Assembly (NCBI GenBank): GCA_963821525.1 | Contig: CAWGED010000010.1 | Location: forward strand, 1 to 64,000 | DNA: 64,000 nucleotides | Origin: an uncultured Gemmatimonadales bacterium | GTDB lineage: Bacteria > Gemmatimonadota > Gemmatimonadetes > Gemmatimonadales > GWC2-71-9 | Direction of reading: 5' to 3' | Program-made: the position numbers and the translations under genes | The notes under the pieces: generated by a model | The model's database searches: none | The model's input: only the letters and a program-made list of their open reading frames with translations | What the model was told of the DNA's origin: nothing | Shown: positions 30,624 to 41,158 of the stretch, in pieces | How the letters are laid out: every line of letters begins with the position of its first letter | How positions within the stretch are numbered: the first letter of the stretch is position 1

Positions 30624-32014
30624 ATGTTTCCTTCAATGCGCCTTAACTGCCAACAATCGTCCCGGGAAATCGTGGCCTTGGCCATCGTAGCTCTCGTGGG
30701 TTGCAACGAGGCAATGATGGAGCCATCACTCGGCGGACTCAGCGTCGTAACCGCCGCACCAGCCAAAGGAGTTCCCGGCTGGATGCTGCGAGACACGATG
30801 AAGGTTCGAGTCGTCAGCACGACAGGACGAGTCCTTTCGGGAGCGATGGTGACGTGGGCCGTGACGGCCGGCGGAGGTTCCATCTCCGCCGTCCGTGACA
30901 CAACAGATGCGGACGGCCTCGCCTTGGCGGTCTGGACACTGGGCCCACAGACCGGGCTGAACGAGGTGACCGCTCGGGCATCCGACAAGTACGCCGCGAC
31001 TCTCAGCACGGTCGCCGAGGCCGTTCGCGTCGACCACCTTGCGGGGTCGATTGCCATGGGATGCGGCCTGGTGACTGGTGAGCTCTGGTGCTGGGGTCAG
31101 AGTTCCTGGGCGAGCACCCCGCCGGTTTCCGAGCGCCCCAGTCCCCCGTTCGGCTGGTTGGCACCGAATGCGCCGGGCCATGTGGACGGGGCCTCCGGAC
31201 TTACGGAGGTCGCGGTCTCCGCCAACAACTCAGTCTGCGCTCTCGACGGAAGCGGGAGCACGTGGTGCGCATCTGAGTCCCAACCGACCTTGGCGAAACG
31301 GACAGACCTCCCACCCCTTCGCCGTCTGAGCGGCGCGGCATGGGGCTGGGGCACCTACTGCGGACTCGCCGCTGCGGATTCGACCGCGTGGTGCTGGAGA
31401 CGATCCGACGCGGCGGTAGCGGTGCCCGGATCGCCTGCCTTCGTAGACCTGGACATCGACGGTACGACGAAGGTTCCCCCTTCGCCGGGTTCCTTGCGTG
31501 CGGAACGCTCGCCGACTCCACTGCGGCCTGCTGGGGTTCGGGCTCTCTCGGCAATGGTTCCAGCACGGCGTCAGTGACCCCTGTCGCCGTCAGCGGCGGG
31601 CACCACTTCGCCGAGGTTGCCGTCGGAGAGTTGTTTGCCTGCGGGCGAAAGTCCAACGGGGAAGTCTGGTGCTGGGGTAGAAACAGCGAAGGTCAACTCG
31701 CTACGGCGGGGCCCGACGCGCCGTCTCCCGTGCTCTCGGTGACCGGCGTTACCCGCATCGCCGCCAGCCAAGACGTCGTGCTCGCCCTCAAGGCCGGCAA
31801 CCTCATCCGTTGGGGGGGAGGGTGGTGGCTGACCCCAGGCCCGGTTGGATCCCTGGCTGGCCTTCCGGTGGCAGACTTGGCGGCCCAGTCCATAGAGTGC
31901 GTGTCACTTGCCGACGACCAAGTCTATTGCATTGAAGAAATGTGGGACAACTCCAGCGTGTGGAGCATTGACGCCTACGCACCGGTCCAGCCGGTGGTCG
32001 CTGCAGCGCCATAG
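30624..32014 (+). CDS. Ig-like plus RCC1-repeat lipoprotein (frameshift near 31480)
   Basis: LVGC lipobox; TDADGLA..WTLG; repeated WCWG and ACG motifs. Confidence 0.75.
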
Positions 32015-32042
32015 AATCCACCGGGACTGCCTCGCCGCTGCC

Positions 32043-32167
32043 GTTTACCAACGCCTGAAGCTGGCGGGCCTCGGTAGGCGGATGGTGCCCCGTTGAGACA
32101 GCCGGGCGTTACCAAGGACAACTGACGAGTCGTGCCTCGGCCCGCAGCTTAGGCCTGACCGTTAGGC
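32043..32167 (+). repeat. attC-like site (125 bp)
   Basis: GTTTACC-AACGCCTGAAGCTGGCGGGCC ... GGCCCGCAGCTTAGGC-CTGACC-GTTAGGC; arms pair with two bulged bases. Confidence 0.85.
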
Positions 32168-32225
32168 GGCGCGTCAACCGGGAGTTATTCGCGAGATCAC
32201 AGTCGATTGAGTCACCCGAGGAGGG

Positions 32226-32753
32226 ATGATGCCGCGATCCATGCTTGGACGTATGACGGTGTGCCTCGTCGCCCTGACCGGCGTGGTCGGGCCCGCCAAT
32301 GCACAGAAGCGCGACAGCACATTGGTGCGGCCCACCACGGTGACAGTGAGGATCACGAACGATCCCGATCCATGGAACGGGACCTTTAGCGCCTCGGGCG
32401 TATCAACCAAGTGCGGCTTGGCCGATTATGGATATCCGCACCGCCAGAATTCCTTCGCCGTCATGTTTCCGGATGATACTGCCACGGGCACCGTTACCTC
32501 GGTGAACTTTGACGCCGATACCCTCAAGAGCGGCACGACGGTCCACAGCTTCTACCTCGCGGTCGGGACCCGGATCGGACAGCGTGGGGCGCCACCGCTA
32601 TACGTCGTTCGGGCCAACCAGCCGCAGTACGGTGAGCCCGGTACGGCGACCCTCACCAAGACAGCGAACGGCTCCGACTCGCTGACGGTCAAAGGCGTTG
32701 CCAGCAAGGGCAGGAAGACCGACGTGGAAATGATCCTCGTCTGCCAACCATAG
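32226..32753 (+). CDS. secreted hypothetical protein
   Basis: AGGAG RBS; signal peptide ANA|Q; lies between two attC sites. Confidence 0.75.
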   Translation: MMPRSMLGRMTVCLVALTGVVGPANAQKRDSTLVRPTTVTVRITNDPDPWNGTFSASGVSTKCGLADYGYPHRQNSFAVMFPDDTATGTVTSVNFDADTLKSGTTVHSFYLAVGTRIGQRGAPPLYVVRANQPQYGEPGTATLTKTANGSDSLTVKGVASKGRKTDVEMILVCQP

Positions 32754-32767
32754 ATGGTCCGCGGCAA

Positions 32768-32812
32768 TCCAGCGGGTTCGGCACGCCCCGCAGGTGAGCG
32801 CGGGCGTTAGGC
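32768..32812 (+). repeat. attC family, right half
   Basis: CGCCCCGCAGGTGAGCGCGGGC-GTTAGGC. Confidence 0.75.
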
Positions 32813-32851
32813 TGCTCGGAGATCGAGTCGCAGCATAGGGAGGCAGTAGAA

Positions 32852-33664
32852 GTGTCCCAGCAACACTTTGGTCAAGCCTTTGGTGGAAGTCCACCAGAGA
32901 ATTACCAGCGATATTTTGTTCCCGCTATCGGCACGCCCCTGGCGAATGACCTCATTAGAATCGCTGCGCTTCGTCCAGGTGAGCGGGTCTTGGATGTTGC
33001 CTGTGGCACCGGTGTCGTGGCGCGGCTCGCTTCACAGCCGGTCGGCGCCGCTGGGACTGTCGCTGGGTTGGACGTCAATCCCGGCATGCTGGCAGTTGCG
33101 CGCTCGACAACGCCGCCCGGGGTAGCAATCGACTGGCACCAGGCGAGTGCTGAGGCAATGCCACTCCCGGATGCGTCGTTCGACGCCGTCCTGTGTCAGA
33201 TGGGGCTTCAATTCGTGTCCGACAAACACGCTGCACTGAGCGAGATGCGGCGTGTCCTGGCGCCCGGCGGCCGGCTGATCCTCAATGTGCCTGGACCCAC
33301 GCCGCAACTGTTCGTTATCATGGCGCAGGCGCTCGCGAGTCACGTCGGCGCCGAGGCCGCCGGGTTCGTGAACCACGTGTTCTCGCTCCACGACTCGGCA
33401 GAGCTTCAGAACCTGATTAACGACGCCGCCTTCCGTTGATGTCTCGGTTCAAGCCGACACCAAGTCGCTACGCCTGCCGGCACCGGAGGAGTTTCTCTGG
33501 CAGTATGTGCATAGTACTCCCCTTGCGGGTGCCGTGGCGAAGCTGAATGACGAACGTCGCGCCTCACTGGAGCGCGAGGTCGTGGCGAAGGTGGCAGGAG
33601 TTCGTGAGGGATGGTGCCTTGATACTTCAGCGTGCGCATGGTAGTAGCGACTGCCCGGAAGTAG
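32852..33664 (+). CDS. class I SAM-dependent methyltransferase (frameshifted after ~33435)
   Basis: VLDVACGTG, LPDASFDAV and RVLAPGG; C-terminal part (EEFLWQYVHSTPL) in another frame. Confidence 0.85.
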
Positions 33665-33754
33665 AGGTCGGGCGGCCCACGTCATTCTTCCAGTACACGC
33701 TGCATCCGAGGAACAGCGTGACTGGCGCACCTCCACCACAACCCCGGCCGGTCG

Positions 33755-34715
33755 ATGCTGAACTACATCTGGGCAGGCCTGATCATCTCGAGCTTCCTGT
33801 TCGCCATCGGCTACGATATCCGCGACATCAGCGGGGACAAGTACCGGAACGGCCAGCCGCTCCCCGTGGAGCTCGCCTTCCCCGAAGGCTACGACTCGGC
33901 CGCCCGGCGTGTGCCGGTGGAGATCCGGATCGCGCCGGATCAATACGCGAGCTTCTACCGGACCGATCAAGCTCCGGCGCCGAGCTACCCTGGCTACCTG
34001 TTGCAGACGAAGGAGGGAGCCCAGCTCCGCTTCGCAGCCGGGTCCAAGCTTCCCGAGCCGCTCGCCACGATCGGGAAAGTCTCGAGTTCACGCGACGAGG
34101 AGCTGCAGGGCCTGCTGACGGGATTCACTCCCCCCGGAGGGACCGCCGGCGTCGTGTTCGAGCCGGTCCGCTTCGTGAAATTGAACGCCATCGCTTCCGC
34201 GGCACTCGACTTCGCGAAGACGGGGGCGGAGATCGCGCTCGGCCTGATCGGAGTGCTGTCCCTGTTCCTCGGACTGCTCAAGATCGCCGAGGACTCGGGC
34301 ATCGTCTTCGCCCTGGTGAAGCTGGTGCGGCCGATTCTGCGACCCTTGTTTCCCGAAGTCCCCGCCGACCATCCCGCGCTGGGGATGATCGCGCTCAACC
34401 TCACCGCCACCCTGTTCGGGCTGGGCAACGCCGCCACACCGTTCGGCATCAAGGCCATGGAGGAGTTGCAGAAGCTCAACCCCTCCGAGGACACCGCCAC
34501 CAACTCGATGGTCATGCTCATGGCCATCAACACGGCCGGCATCCAGCTCGTCCCGCCGGTCCTGCTGCTGGCGCTCATGGGCACCCAGGTCAACACGCTC
34601 ATCTTCCCGATCCTGATCACCTCGGTGCTGGGGATGATCGTCGCCATCGTGGCCGCGAGGTTGCTCGGCAGGCTGCCGGGGTTACCGCGCGTCCGACCCC
34701 AACCGGAAGGCCTGA
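33755..34715 (+). CDS. spmA: SpmA-like nucleoside recognition (gate) domain membrane protein
   Basis: MLNYIW, LFPEVP.DHPA and GLGNAATPFGIKAMEELQ; probable frameshift near the 3' end. Confidence 0.85.
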
Positions 34716-34722
34716 GCGCAGC

Positions 34723-35268
34723 ATGGAAACCGCGCGCAACGCCATCAGCCTGCTTTCGTACTTCGTCCTTCCGCTCATCCTGGTCGGCTTTCCGCTCTAT
34801 GGTCTCTTCAAGCGGGTGCCGGTCTACGAGAGCTTCGTCGAGGGGGCCAAGGAGGGATTCCAGGTCGCGGTCCGCATCATCCCGTACCTGGTCGCGATCC
34901 TCTTCGCCATCGCGATGTTCCGGGCCAGCGGCGCCATGGAAGCCCTGACCCGGGCGCTCGATCCGGTACTGGGTCTGATCGGCTTCCCCGCCGAGCTGCT
35001 GCCGATGGCCATCATCCGCTCGCTCTCGGGCTCCGGCTCGGCGGCGCTGGTGGTGGACATGATCAATCAGTACGGGGAGGACTCGATCTTCGTGAAGATG
35101 GCCTCCGTCATGTACGGGTCCAGCGAGACCACCTTCTACGTGATCGCGGTGTACTTCGGAGCGGTGGGTATCAGGAAGACCCGCCACGCGGTGCCGGCGG
35201 GCCTCATCGCGGACGCGGCCGCGATGCTCATCGCGGTGTGGACGGTACGGCTGCTGTTCCACGGATGA
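34723..35268 (+). CDS. spmB: SpmB-like membrane protein
   Basis: VYESFVEGAKEG, RSLSGSG and SSETTFYVIAVYFG..KTRHA. Confidence 0.9.
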   Translation: METARNAISLLSYFVLPLILVGFPLYGLFKRVPVYESFVEGAKEGFQVAVRIIPYLVAILFAIAMFRASGAMEALTRALDPVLGLIGFPAELLPMAIIRSLSGSGSAALVVDMINQYGEDSIFVKMASVMYGSSETTFYVIAVYFGAVGIRKTRHAVPAGLIADAAAMLIAVWTVRLLFHG

Positions 35269-35290
35269 TGGAACCGGAGGCGACACTGCC

Positions 35291-36448
35291 TTGCCCGACC
35301 TGGCTCCTATCGTCGCACCGGATGATTTTCCCGCGAGCAGGAAGAGTGTCTATCTCAACACTGCCTCTGTCTGCCTCATGTACAGCGGCGCGGAGCGGGC
35401 GGTGGTCGAATGGATGCACGATCTCGCGGAGAACGGGACGATCCATTTCGACGAGGCCGCTGAGGAGCAGGCGTTCGCGACACTGCACGCGTCGGCCGCG
35501 CGGCTGTTCAGCTGCCGCCCCGAGGAGATCGCCGTCGGCTCGAGCGCGACCGAGCTGCTCGCATCCCTCGCCTGGGCCGTCGCGCCGCCTGCCGGCAGCA
35601 ACATCGTCAGCACCGGCCTCGAGTTTCCCAGCACGATCTACCCGTGGGCACGCGTCGCGCGCCACACGGGAGCCGAAGTCAGACTCGCCGACGTCAAGGC
35701 CGATACTCATCGGGCCGAGGATCCGATCGGCCTGATCGATCGCCGGACCGCCGTCGTCTGCGTCTCCGATGTGATATACAGCACCGGCCAGCGACTCGAC
35801 GTGGCAGGGCTCGCAGAAGCCGCGCACCGGAACGGGGCCCTGCTCATTATCGACGCAACGCAGTCGGCCGGTGGGATTCCGATCGACGTCGGGGCGCTCG
35901 GGGTCGACGCGCTGATCACCGCATCCTACAAGTGGCTGTGCGGCCCCTTCGGCGTCGCCGTGATGTATCTCGCGCCCCATCTTCACGAACGCCTCGAGCC
36001 GGGGCTCGTCGGATTCCGGTCCCATGAGCGGATGTGGGATCTGCGCGCCGATCGACTGGAGCTCCCCCCGAACGCCCACCGTTTCGAGTTCAGCACCATG
36101 GCCTACGGGTGCGCGCCTGGTCTCGCCAGCTCGATCGATTACCTCCTGCGGCTGGACGTCGGGCGGATCTTCTCCAGGAACAAGACGCTCGCCGATCTCC
36201 TTATCGAGGGATTGCGCGAAAGGAACGCCGAAATCCTGTCGCCCACGGACGACGGCGCGCGCTCCTCGATCGTCGCTACCCGGTTCGCCGACATGGACGT
36301 GCGGATCCTGGCCGAACGTCTCAACCAAGCCGGGATCGTCGTCTCGGCGCGCAGGGGCGTTCTGAGATTCTCCCCGCATCTTTATAATGATGCGGATGAC
36401 ATCGAGCAGGCACTCACGGCGATTGATCGCTGGCTGACACCTGCCTGA
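35291..36448 (+). CDS. class V PLP-dependent aminotransferase (cysteine desulfurase/lyase-like)
   Basis: YLNTAS, EFPS, DATQSAG, SYKWLCGP and RFSPHLYN. Confidence 0.9.
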   Translation: MPDLAPIVAPDDFPASRKSVYLNTASVCLMYSGAERAVVEWMHDLAENGTIHFDEAAEEQAFATLHASAARLFSCRPEEIAVGSSATELLASLAWAVAPPAGSNIVSTGLEFPSTIYPWARVARHTGAEVRLADVKADTHRAEDPIGLIDRRTAVVCVSDVIYSTGQRLDVAGLAEAAHRNGALLIIDATQSAGGIPIDVGALGVDALITASYKWLCGPFGVAVMYLAPHLHERLEPGLVGFRSHERMWDLRADRLELPPNAHRFEFSTMAYGCAPGLASSIDYLLRLDVGRIFSRNKTLADLLIEGLRERNAEILSPTDDGARSSIVATRFADMDVRILAERLNQAGIVVSARRGVLRFSPHLYNDADDIEQALTAIDRWLTPA

Positions 36449-36505
36449 AGCTGACGACAGCGCTCCACCCGGTCTTTGGCGCTCACTTCACACCCACCAT
36501 TTCCT

Positions 36506-36961
36506 ATGGCCGAGAACAAGACCCAACGCACCAAAGCCAGCGTCGCTGACTTCCTCGCAGCGATCCCCGATCCCCACCGCCAACGGGACGCCAAGGCCCT
36601 GGCGGCCTTGATCCGAAAGGCCACCGGTGAGAGGCCCGCGATGTGGGGCTCCAGCATTGTCGGGTATGGGCAAATGACCTACGAAGGCAGCAAGGGACGA
36701 GCGGTCGATTGGTTTCCGGTCGGCTTTTCCCCGCGGAAGGCAGCCCTCGTCCTCTACCTCATGGGCGGCCTCAAGGCCAATGCGAACCTCCTCGCGGAAC
36801 TGGGACCGCACAAGGTCGGCGGCGGATGTCTCTATCTCCCTCGCTTCGAGGCAATCGACTCCAAAGTCTTGGCGCGCCTCATCACGCTGAGCCACAAAGG
36901 CAATCGCCAGGTGACCAAGCGAGTGCCCACCAGGCCGACCGCTCGGAAACGCGCTGTCTAA
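36506..36961 (+). CDS. DUF1801 protein
   Basis: PAMWGSSIVGYG, GFSPRK and LGPHKVGGGCLY; stop lies in GTCTAAC followed by CTAGAC. Confidence 0.85.
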   Translation: MAENKTQRTKASVADFLAAIPDPHRQRDAKALAALIRKATGERPAMWGSSIVGYGQMTYEGSKGRAVDWFPVGFSPRKAALVLYLMGGLKANANLLAELGPHKVGGGCLYLPRFEAIDSKVLARLITLSHKGNRQVTKRVPTRPTARKRAV

Positions 36962-36988
36962 CCTAGACGCGTTGCGAAGGCGGAGTGT

Positions 36989-38908
36989 TCAGGCTGGATC
37001 TGTTGCGCGTCGTCCTGAGAGAAGCTTGGGCGTTGCGCTGCGGGGCAGCGTGACAGTGAATGTTGCCCCCCCGTTGAGATTCTCGCCGGTGATGGTCCCG
37101 CCATGAGCGTCGACGATCCTCTGTGCGATCGTCAGGCCTATCCCGAGGCCATGCGATTTCGTCGTGACGAATGGTGTGAACAGCGTGCCGATGACTTCCG
37201 CCGGCAAACCCGTTCCAGTGTCACCCACTGAGACCTCGACGTCGGCGGCCTTGACCGCGCTTCGTATCGTGATGTGACGCCTCGCCGGCGGCGTCTCCGC
37301 CATCGCGTCCATGGCGTTCCTTACCAGGTTGACGAGTACCTGCTCCAGGAGCACCAGATCGCCGTCGATGACGCAGGGAGTCGAGGACAGATCGAGGGTC
37401 GCCTCGATCTGCCGCGCCCTCATGTCGTGGGCGACGAGGGCGAGGCTCTCATCGATCACGGAGTGGAGGTCGATCGGCTTCCTGTCCAGTTGACGGCTGC
37501 GGAGCATCGTCCGATGGCGTTCGATGATCTGCGTGGCGAGGACGGCTTCCGCCTGGATATCGGCCAGGATCTCCCCTGTCGCGTCGGGCGCCGCGCGCTT
37601 GGCCGTGACCATCATCTGAAGCGCCTGGGCGTTGTGCTGCAATCGCACTGAGCGGTTGCCCGAGCTCATGCCCTATCGACGAAGTCAGCGCCGAGATCGT
37701 CTCGCGGCGATTGGCGTCGGCGGCGAGAGCCAGGTTCCGTCGGCTATCGATCTCGGCGCGCTGCCGTGCGCGGCGCTCGTACAGGAGCCGCGCGATCAGG
37801 AGCGATTGGAAAAACAGCGCGCCAATCGCGGTCAGAACTGTGAGCTTGTATTCACCCCACAGGCTCGGGGCCACGAAACTCGCACGACGCTTCCAGGCGG
37901 CAACCGACTCTCGGGGATGCCCCACCGCTGCAACTCGCGCCAATCGAACATCGGTTGACCCGCCAATTGTGGCGGTACTCTGAGGCTTGCAGGTGGCTCG
38001 CCATTCAGGATTCGACTGGCCACGTCGGCCGTGCTGCGAGCAAGGTCGTCAATGGACATCATCGACCCACCGACAATTCCATGTCCGAACAGTGGGCTTT
38101 GCGCTCCAAACATGGGGGCATTCGCCTTGGCGTGAAGGTCGGCGAGCACTTGCTCGTCCGCGTACGCCCCGCCCTGCGCGTCCGTGCCGAAGGTGAGATA
38201 GACGATCGCCGAGTGGGCTTGGAAGGCTCGCGACAGCGGCGCAGGATATCCGGAAGGGACAGCTCGTCGGACCAGACGAATGTCACGCGATCGCGAAATC
38301 GTGCGAACTCGGTCTCGAGCTCCTGGCGCCAGAACTGGCCGATGGGTCCGGACCCGATCACCATGAAGACCTGCCTGGTCTCGGGGAGTACCCGCAGGAT
38401 GTCATCGATCAGGCGAGGAAAATCGTTGGCGACCGCGACCGCACTCTCGTTCTCGCCAAGTGGCGCGTCCGCGGAGCCATCGCTGATCCACCGAAGCGAA
38501 AAGGAGCGGCGTCTCGGGGAAAAGCTGCCGCCGATGCTTGCGCGCGAATACAGCCGCGGGGCCGCCGACAGTCACGATGAGGTCCGGGGGCGGACGATCG
38601 GCGTACATGGATCGGATGTAGTCGACGACGGCTTGTTCGGGCGCGCCGACAAACCCTGTCGGGCCCACGACGACCTGAACGACGTTCACGGGTTTCCCGG
38701 CGCGCTGGTCCAGGCTTACGCGGAAGTCGCCGGTGAAGTGATCGAGAATCAGGTTCCCGCGGTCGAGCGATTGCAGCACCAGGACCTGTTTGACCGGGGA
38801 CTGAGCTTCGCTCGTCGCCGCACCGATCATCAGCAAGGCTCCCAGCAACGCAGCCTGCAATCCGCGATAAACGCCGCGAGCCGGAGGCGTTCTGCCGCCC
38901 TGGCCCAT
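36989..38908 (-). CDS. sensor histidine kinase with substrate-binding-type sensor (several frameshifts)
   Basis: Signal peptide; PDLIVTVG, FDWRELQRWGI, GHELGQPL, EQVLVNLVRNA and FTPFVTTK..GLGIGL. Confidence 0.8.
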
Positions 38909-39163
38909 GGCGTCGGTGTCGCATCTGGTTGGAGAACGTATCGCCTTGGTCGAACTTGGCAAGCAACAGCTTCGCCTCATGCAGGAACCCCGGTTGGCTC
39001 GACTCCAGCCGAACATGCAGCCCTTCACCGCCGAGGCACGGGTGTGTTGGTGTGGCAACGTGAGTTTTCCTTAATGATGCAGCTTGTGTGTTCCATCAGC
39101 GGCGTGTTCGTCTCAATCCATGATCGTGCTGAACGGCGCAGGCTTCGAGCAGGACCCATCACC

Positions 39164-39877
39164 ATGATCATGCTTTCGCTCTTGCTGCTGTCGTCTCCTT
39201 CCGCCTGCTATCCAGATACCAATCCGGCGGCGGCCACTTTGTCCGGGGTTGATGTGGACAGTGTGTCGCAGGTAGCGGTTCTGACTCCCGAACTGGCGAT
39301 GGGGTGGGAGTCCGAGGAAGCCCCGCCTGACACGTTCTCAGCGTCCCCGATCCGATCGCTGGCCTTTGTGCTAGCGCCGCCGCTGGATCCTGATTCAGGC
39401 GCGGACACCACTCGTGCCCGCCCCAAGGCCATCGAGTACAGCAGCTTCTATTACACCCGGCTTACGATTCACAAATATGCGAGCTACGCCACCATCCCGC
39501 TCTTCGTAGCGGAAGGGATCGTGGGACAGAAACTCTACAACTCGACTGGCGAGAGCAGTCTCCGTGGCACGCACAGTGCGCTGGCCGCGGGCATCGGCGT
39601 GCTGTTCGGAGTCAACACGGTGACGGGGGTGTGGAACCTGTGGGAGGGCCGCAAGAATCCGGCAGGGCGCACCCGGCGGATGATCCACTCGGTCCTGATG
39701 CTCGTCTCCGATGCCGGCTTCGTCGCCACGGCGTCTTCCGCGCCACATCGGGAGAGCGAGGGGGGCGGCCCGGTCACCAACGAGGGCGGTTCGGCGAGTA
39801 CCCACCGCACCCTTGCCATCACCTCCGGGAGCGTCGCCCTTGCGGGCTATCTGATGATGCTGTTCTGGAAGGACTGA
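39164..39877 (+). CDS. hypothetical His-containing membrane protein
   Basis: Signal peptide and 4 TM-like segments, each preceded by His (IHK, THS, IHS, THR). Confidence 0.7.
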   Translation: MIMLSLLLLSSPSACYPDTNPAAATLSGVDVDSVSQVAVLTPELAMGWESEEAPPDTFSASPIRSLAFVLAPPLDPDSGADTTRARPKAIEYSSFYYTRLTIHKYASYATIPLFVAEGIVGQKLYNSTGESSLRGTHSALAAGIGVLFGVNTVTGVWNLWEGRKNPAGRTRRMIHSVLMLVSDAGFVATASSAPHRESEGGGPVTNEGGSASTHRTLAITSGSVALAGYLMMLFWKD

Positions 39878-39878
39878 G

Positions 39879-40396
39879 ATGTTTCATCTGCTGCAGCAGG
39901 CCGAGGTGCTGGCCAAGCCCTGGTCGGACCTCTACTCCCGCAACATACCGCTTCAGACGGCCGTCACTTTTGTCCATTTCGCTGGGATCCTGGTGGCCGG
40001 CGGATTTGCCCTCGCGACCGACCGAATGACCCTCCGAATGAGCGGCGCCGATGCGCCCTCGCGCCGACTGCACTTGGCCGAGCTTCGGGCGGTTCACCGT
40101 CCCGTACTCGCAGGCCTGATCCTGACGGTATGAGCGGAACCCTGATGTTCGCCGCCGACCTCGAGACTTTCGCGACATCGCTCGTGTTCTGGGTCAAGCT
40201 GGGCCTGATCGGGATCCTGCTCGTCAACGGCTACCTGATGACCCGGGCCGAGCGGTCGCTCCGCGGCGACGCGGAGGCCGGGGCGGGCGGATGGCGCCGG
40301 CTTCGCCGGACCTCAATCGCGAGCCTTGCCCTCTGGTTCATCGTCCTGCTGCTCGGCACGGTGTTGCCGAATGTCGGCTCCGGCCCAGCCTCATGA
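39879..40396 (+). CDS. DUF6644/DUF2214-like membrane protein (split near 40130)
   Basis: VHFAGILVAGG..D, then SGTLMF and FWVKL..LLVNG. Confidence 0.7.
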
Positions 40397-40920
40397 GCGA
40401 GCCTCGATTGCCGCCGGGATCGCGCGCGGGTTGCGCCGGCGATTGTGATGCAAGCCGCCGGGAGTTTCTTCGAGAGTCGGCATTGGTCGTGGCGGGTGCC
40501 CTGCTTGGGCTCGGAGCGAGCCACCGCGAGGCCATGGCCCTCCCCGTGAGCCTGGTGCGCGGCGTCCGGGGTGGCCCGGACCATCTTACCTATCCAATCC
40601 CCGCTGAGGACGGATCCCAGATCGATCATGATAACGGCGTGATCCTGGTCCGATGGCAGGGGCACCTCTACGCCTTCAACCTCGCGTGCCCCCACCAGAA
40701 CACCGCACTCAAGTGGCTGTCGGACGAGAGCCGATTCCAGTGCCCGAAGCACAAGTCGCGCTATCAGCCCGATGGCACCTTCATCTCGGGCCGTGCCACC
40801 CGCGGCATGGATCGCTTCGCGATTACCCAGGAAGGTAGCAACATCCTGGTCGACCTGAACCACCTGTTCAATCAGGAGAAGGACCGAGCAGGCTGGGATG
40901 CCGCTACGCTGCCGGTCTGA
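40393..40920 (+). CDS. Tat-exported Rieske [2Fe-2S] protein
   Basis: SRREFL twin-arginine motif; CPHQ and CPKH ligands. Confidence 0.9.
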   Translation: MSEPRLPPGSRAGCAGDCDASRREFLRESALVVAGALLGLGASHREAMALPVSLVRGVRGGPDHLTYPIPAEDGSQIDHDNGVILVRWQGHLYAFNLACPHQNTALKWLSDESRFQCPKHKSRYQPDGTFISGRATRGMDRFAITQEGSNILVDLNHLFNQEKDRAGWDAATLPV

Positions 40921-41158
40921 GACCGGCATCTCCTCCCTCTTCCCGCCCTTGTTATATCGGCGCCCCGGCAGGGTCCGGACTCGCAGGCCTGAGTGTCCGC
41001 CAGTTCCGAGAGCTTGGCCGCCACCACGCGATCCCGACGCCGGCACGCGATCATCCTGATGGGCGCTGGAGATGTCGATCCGGGCCCCGCTCGTTCGACT
41101 TACTAGTATGAAGCTGTTTTCGAGTCGCCTGGCGGCGGGTTCCGTCCTAACTTTCGGC

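Noticed and set aside
33547..34948. Overlapping long ORFs (573 aa and 397 aa) and a sporulation inference from spmAB
   Set aside because: The overlap reflects high-GC open frames plus a probable frameshift; SpmA/B homologues occur in non-sporulating bacteria.
37955..39163. Long N-terminal extension of the 640-aa ORF
   Set aside because: Antisense shadow of the minus-strand histidine kinase; plausible coding starts near 39164.
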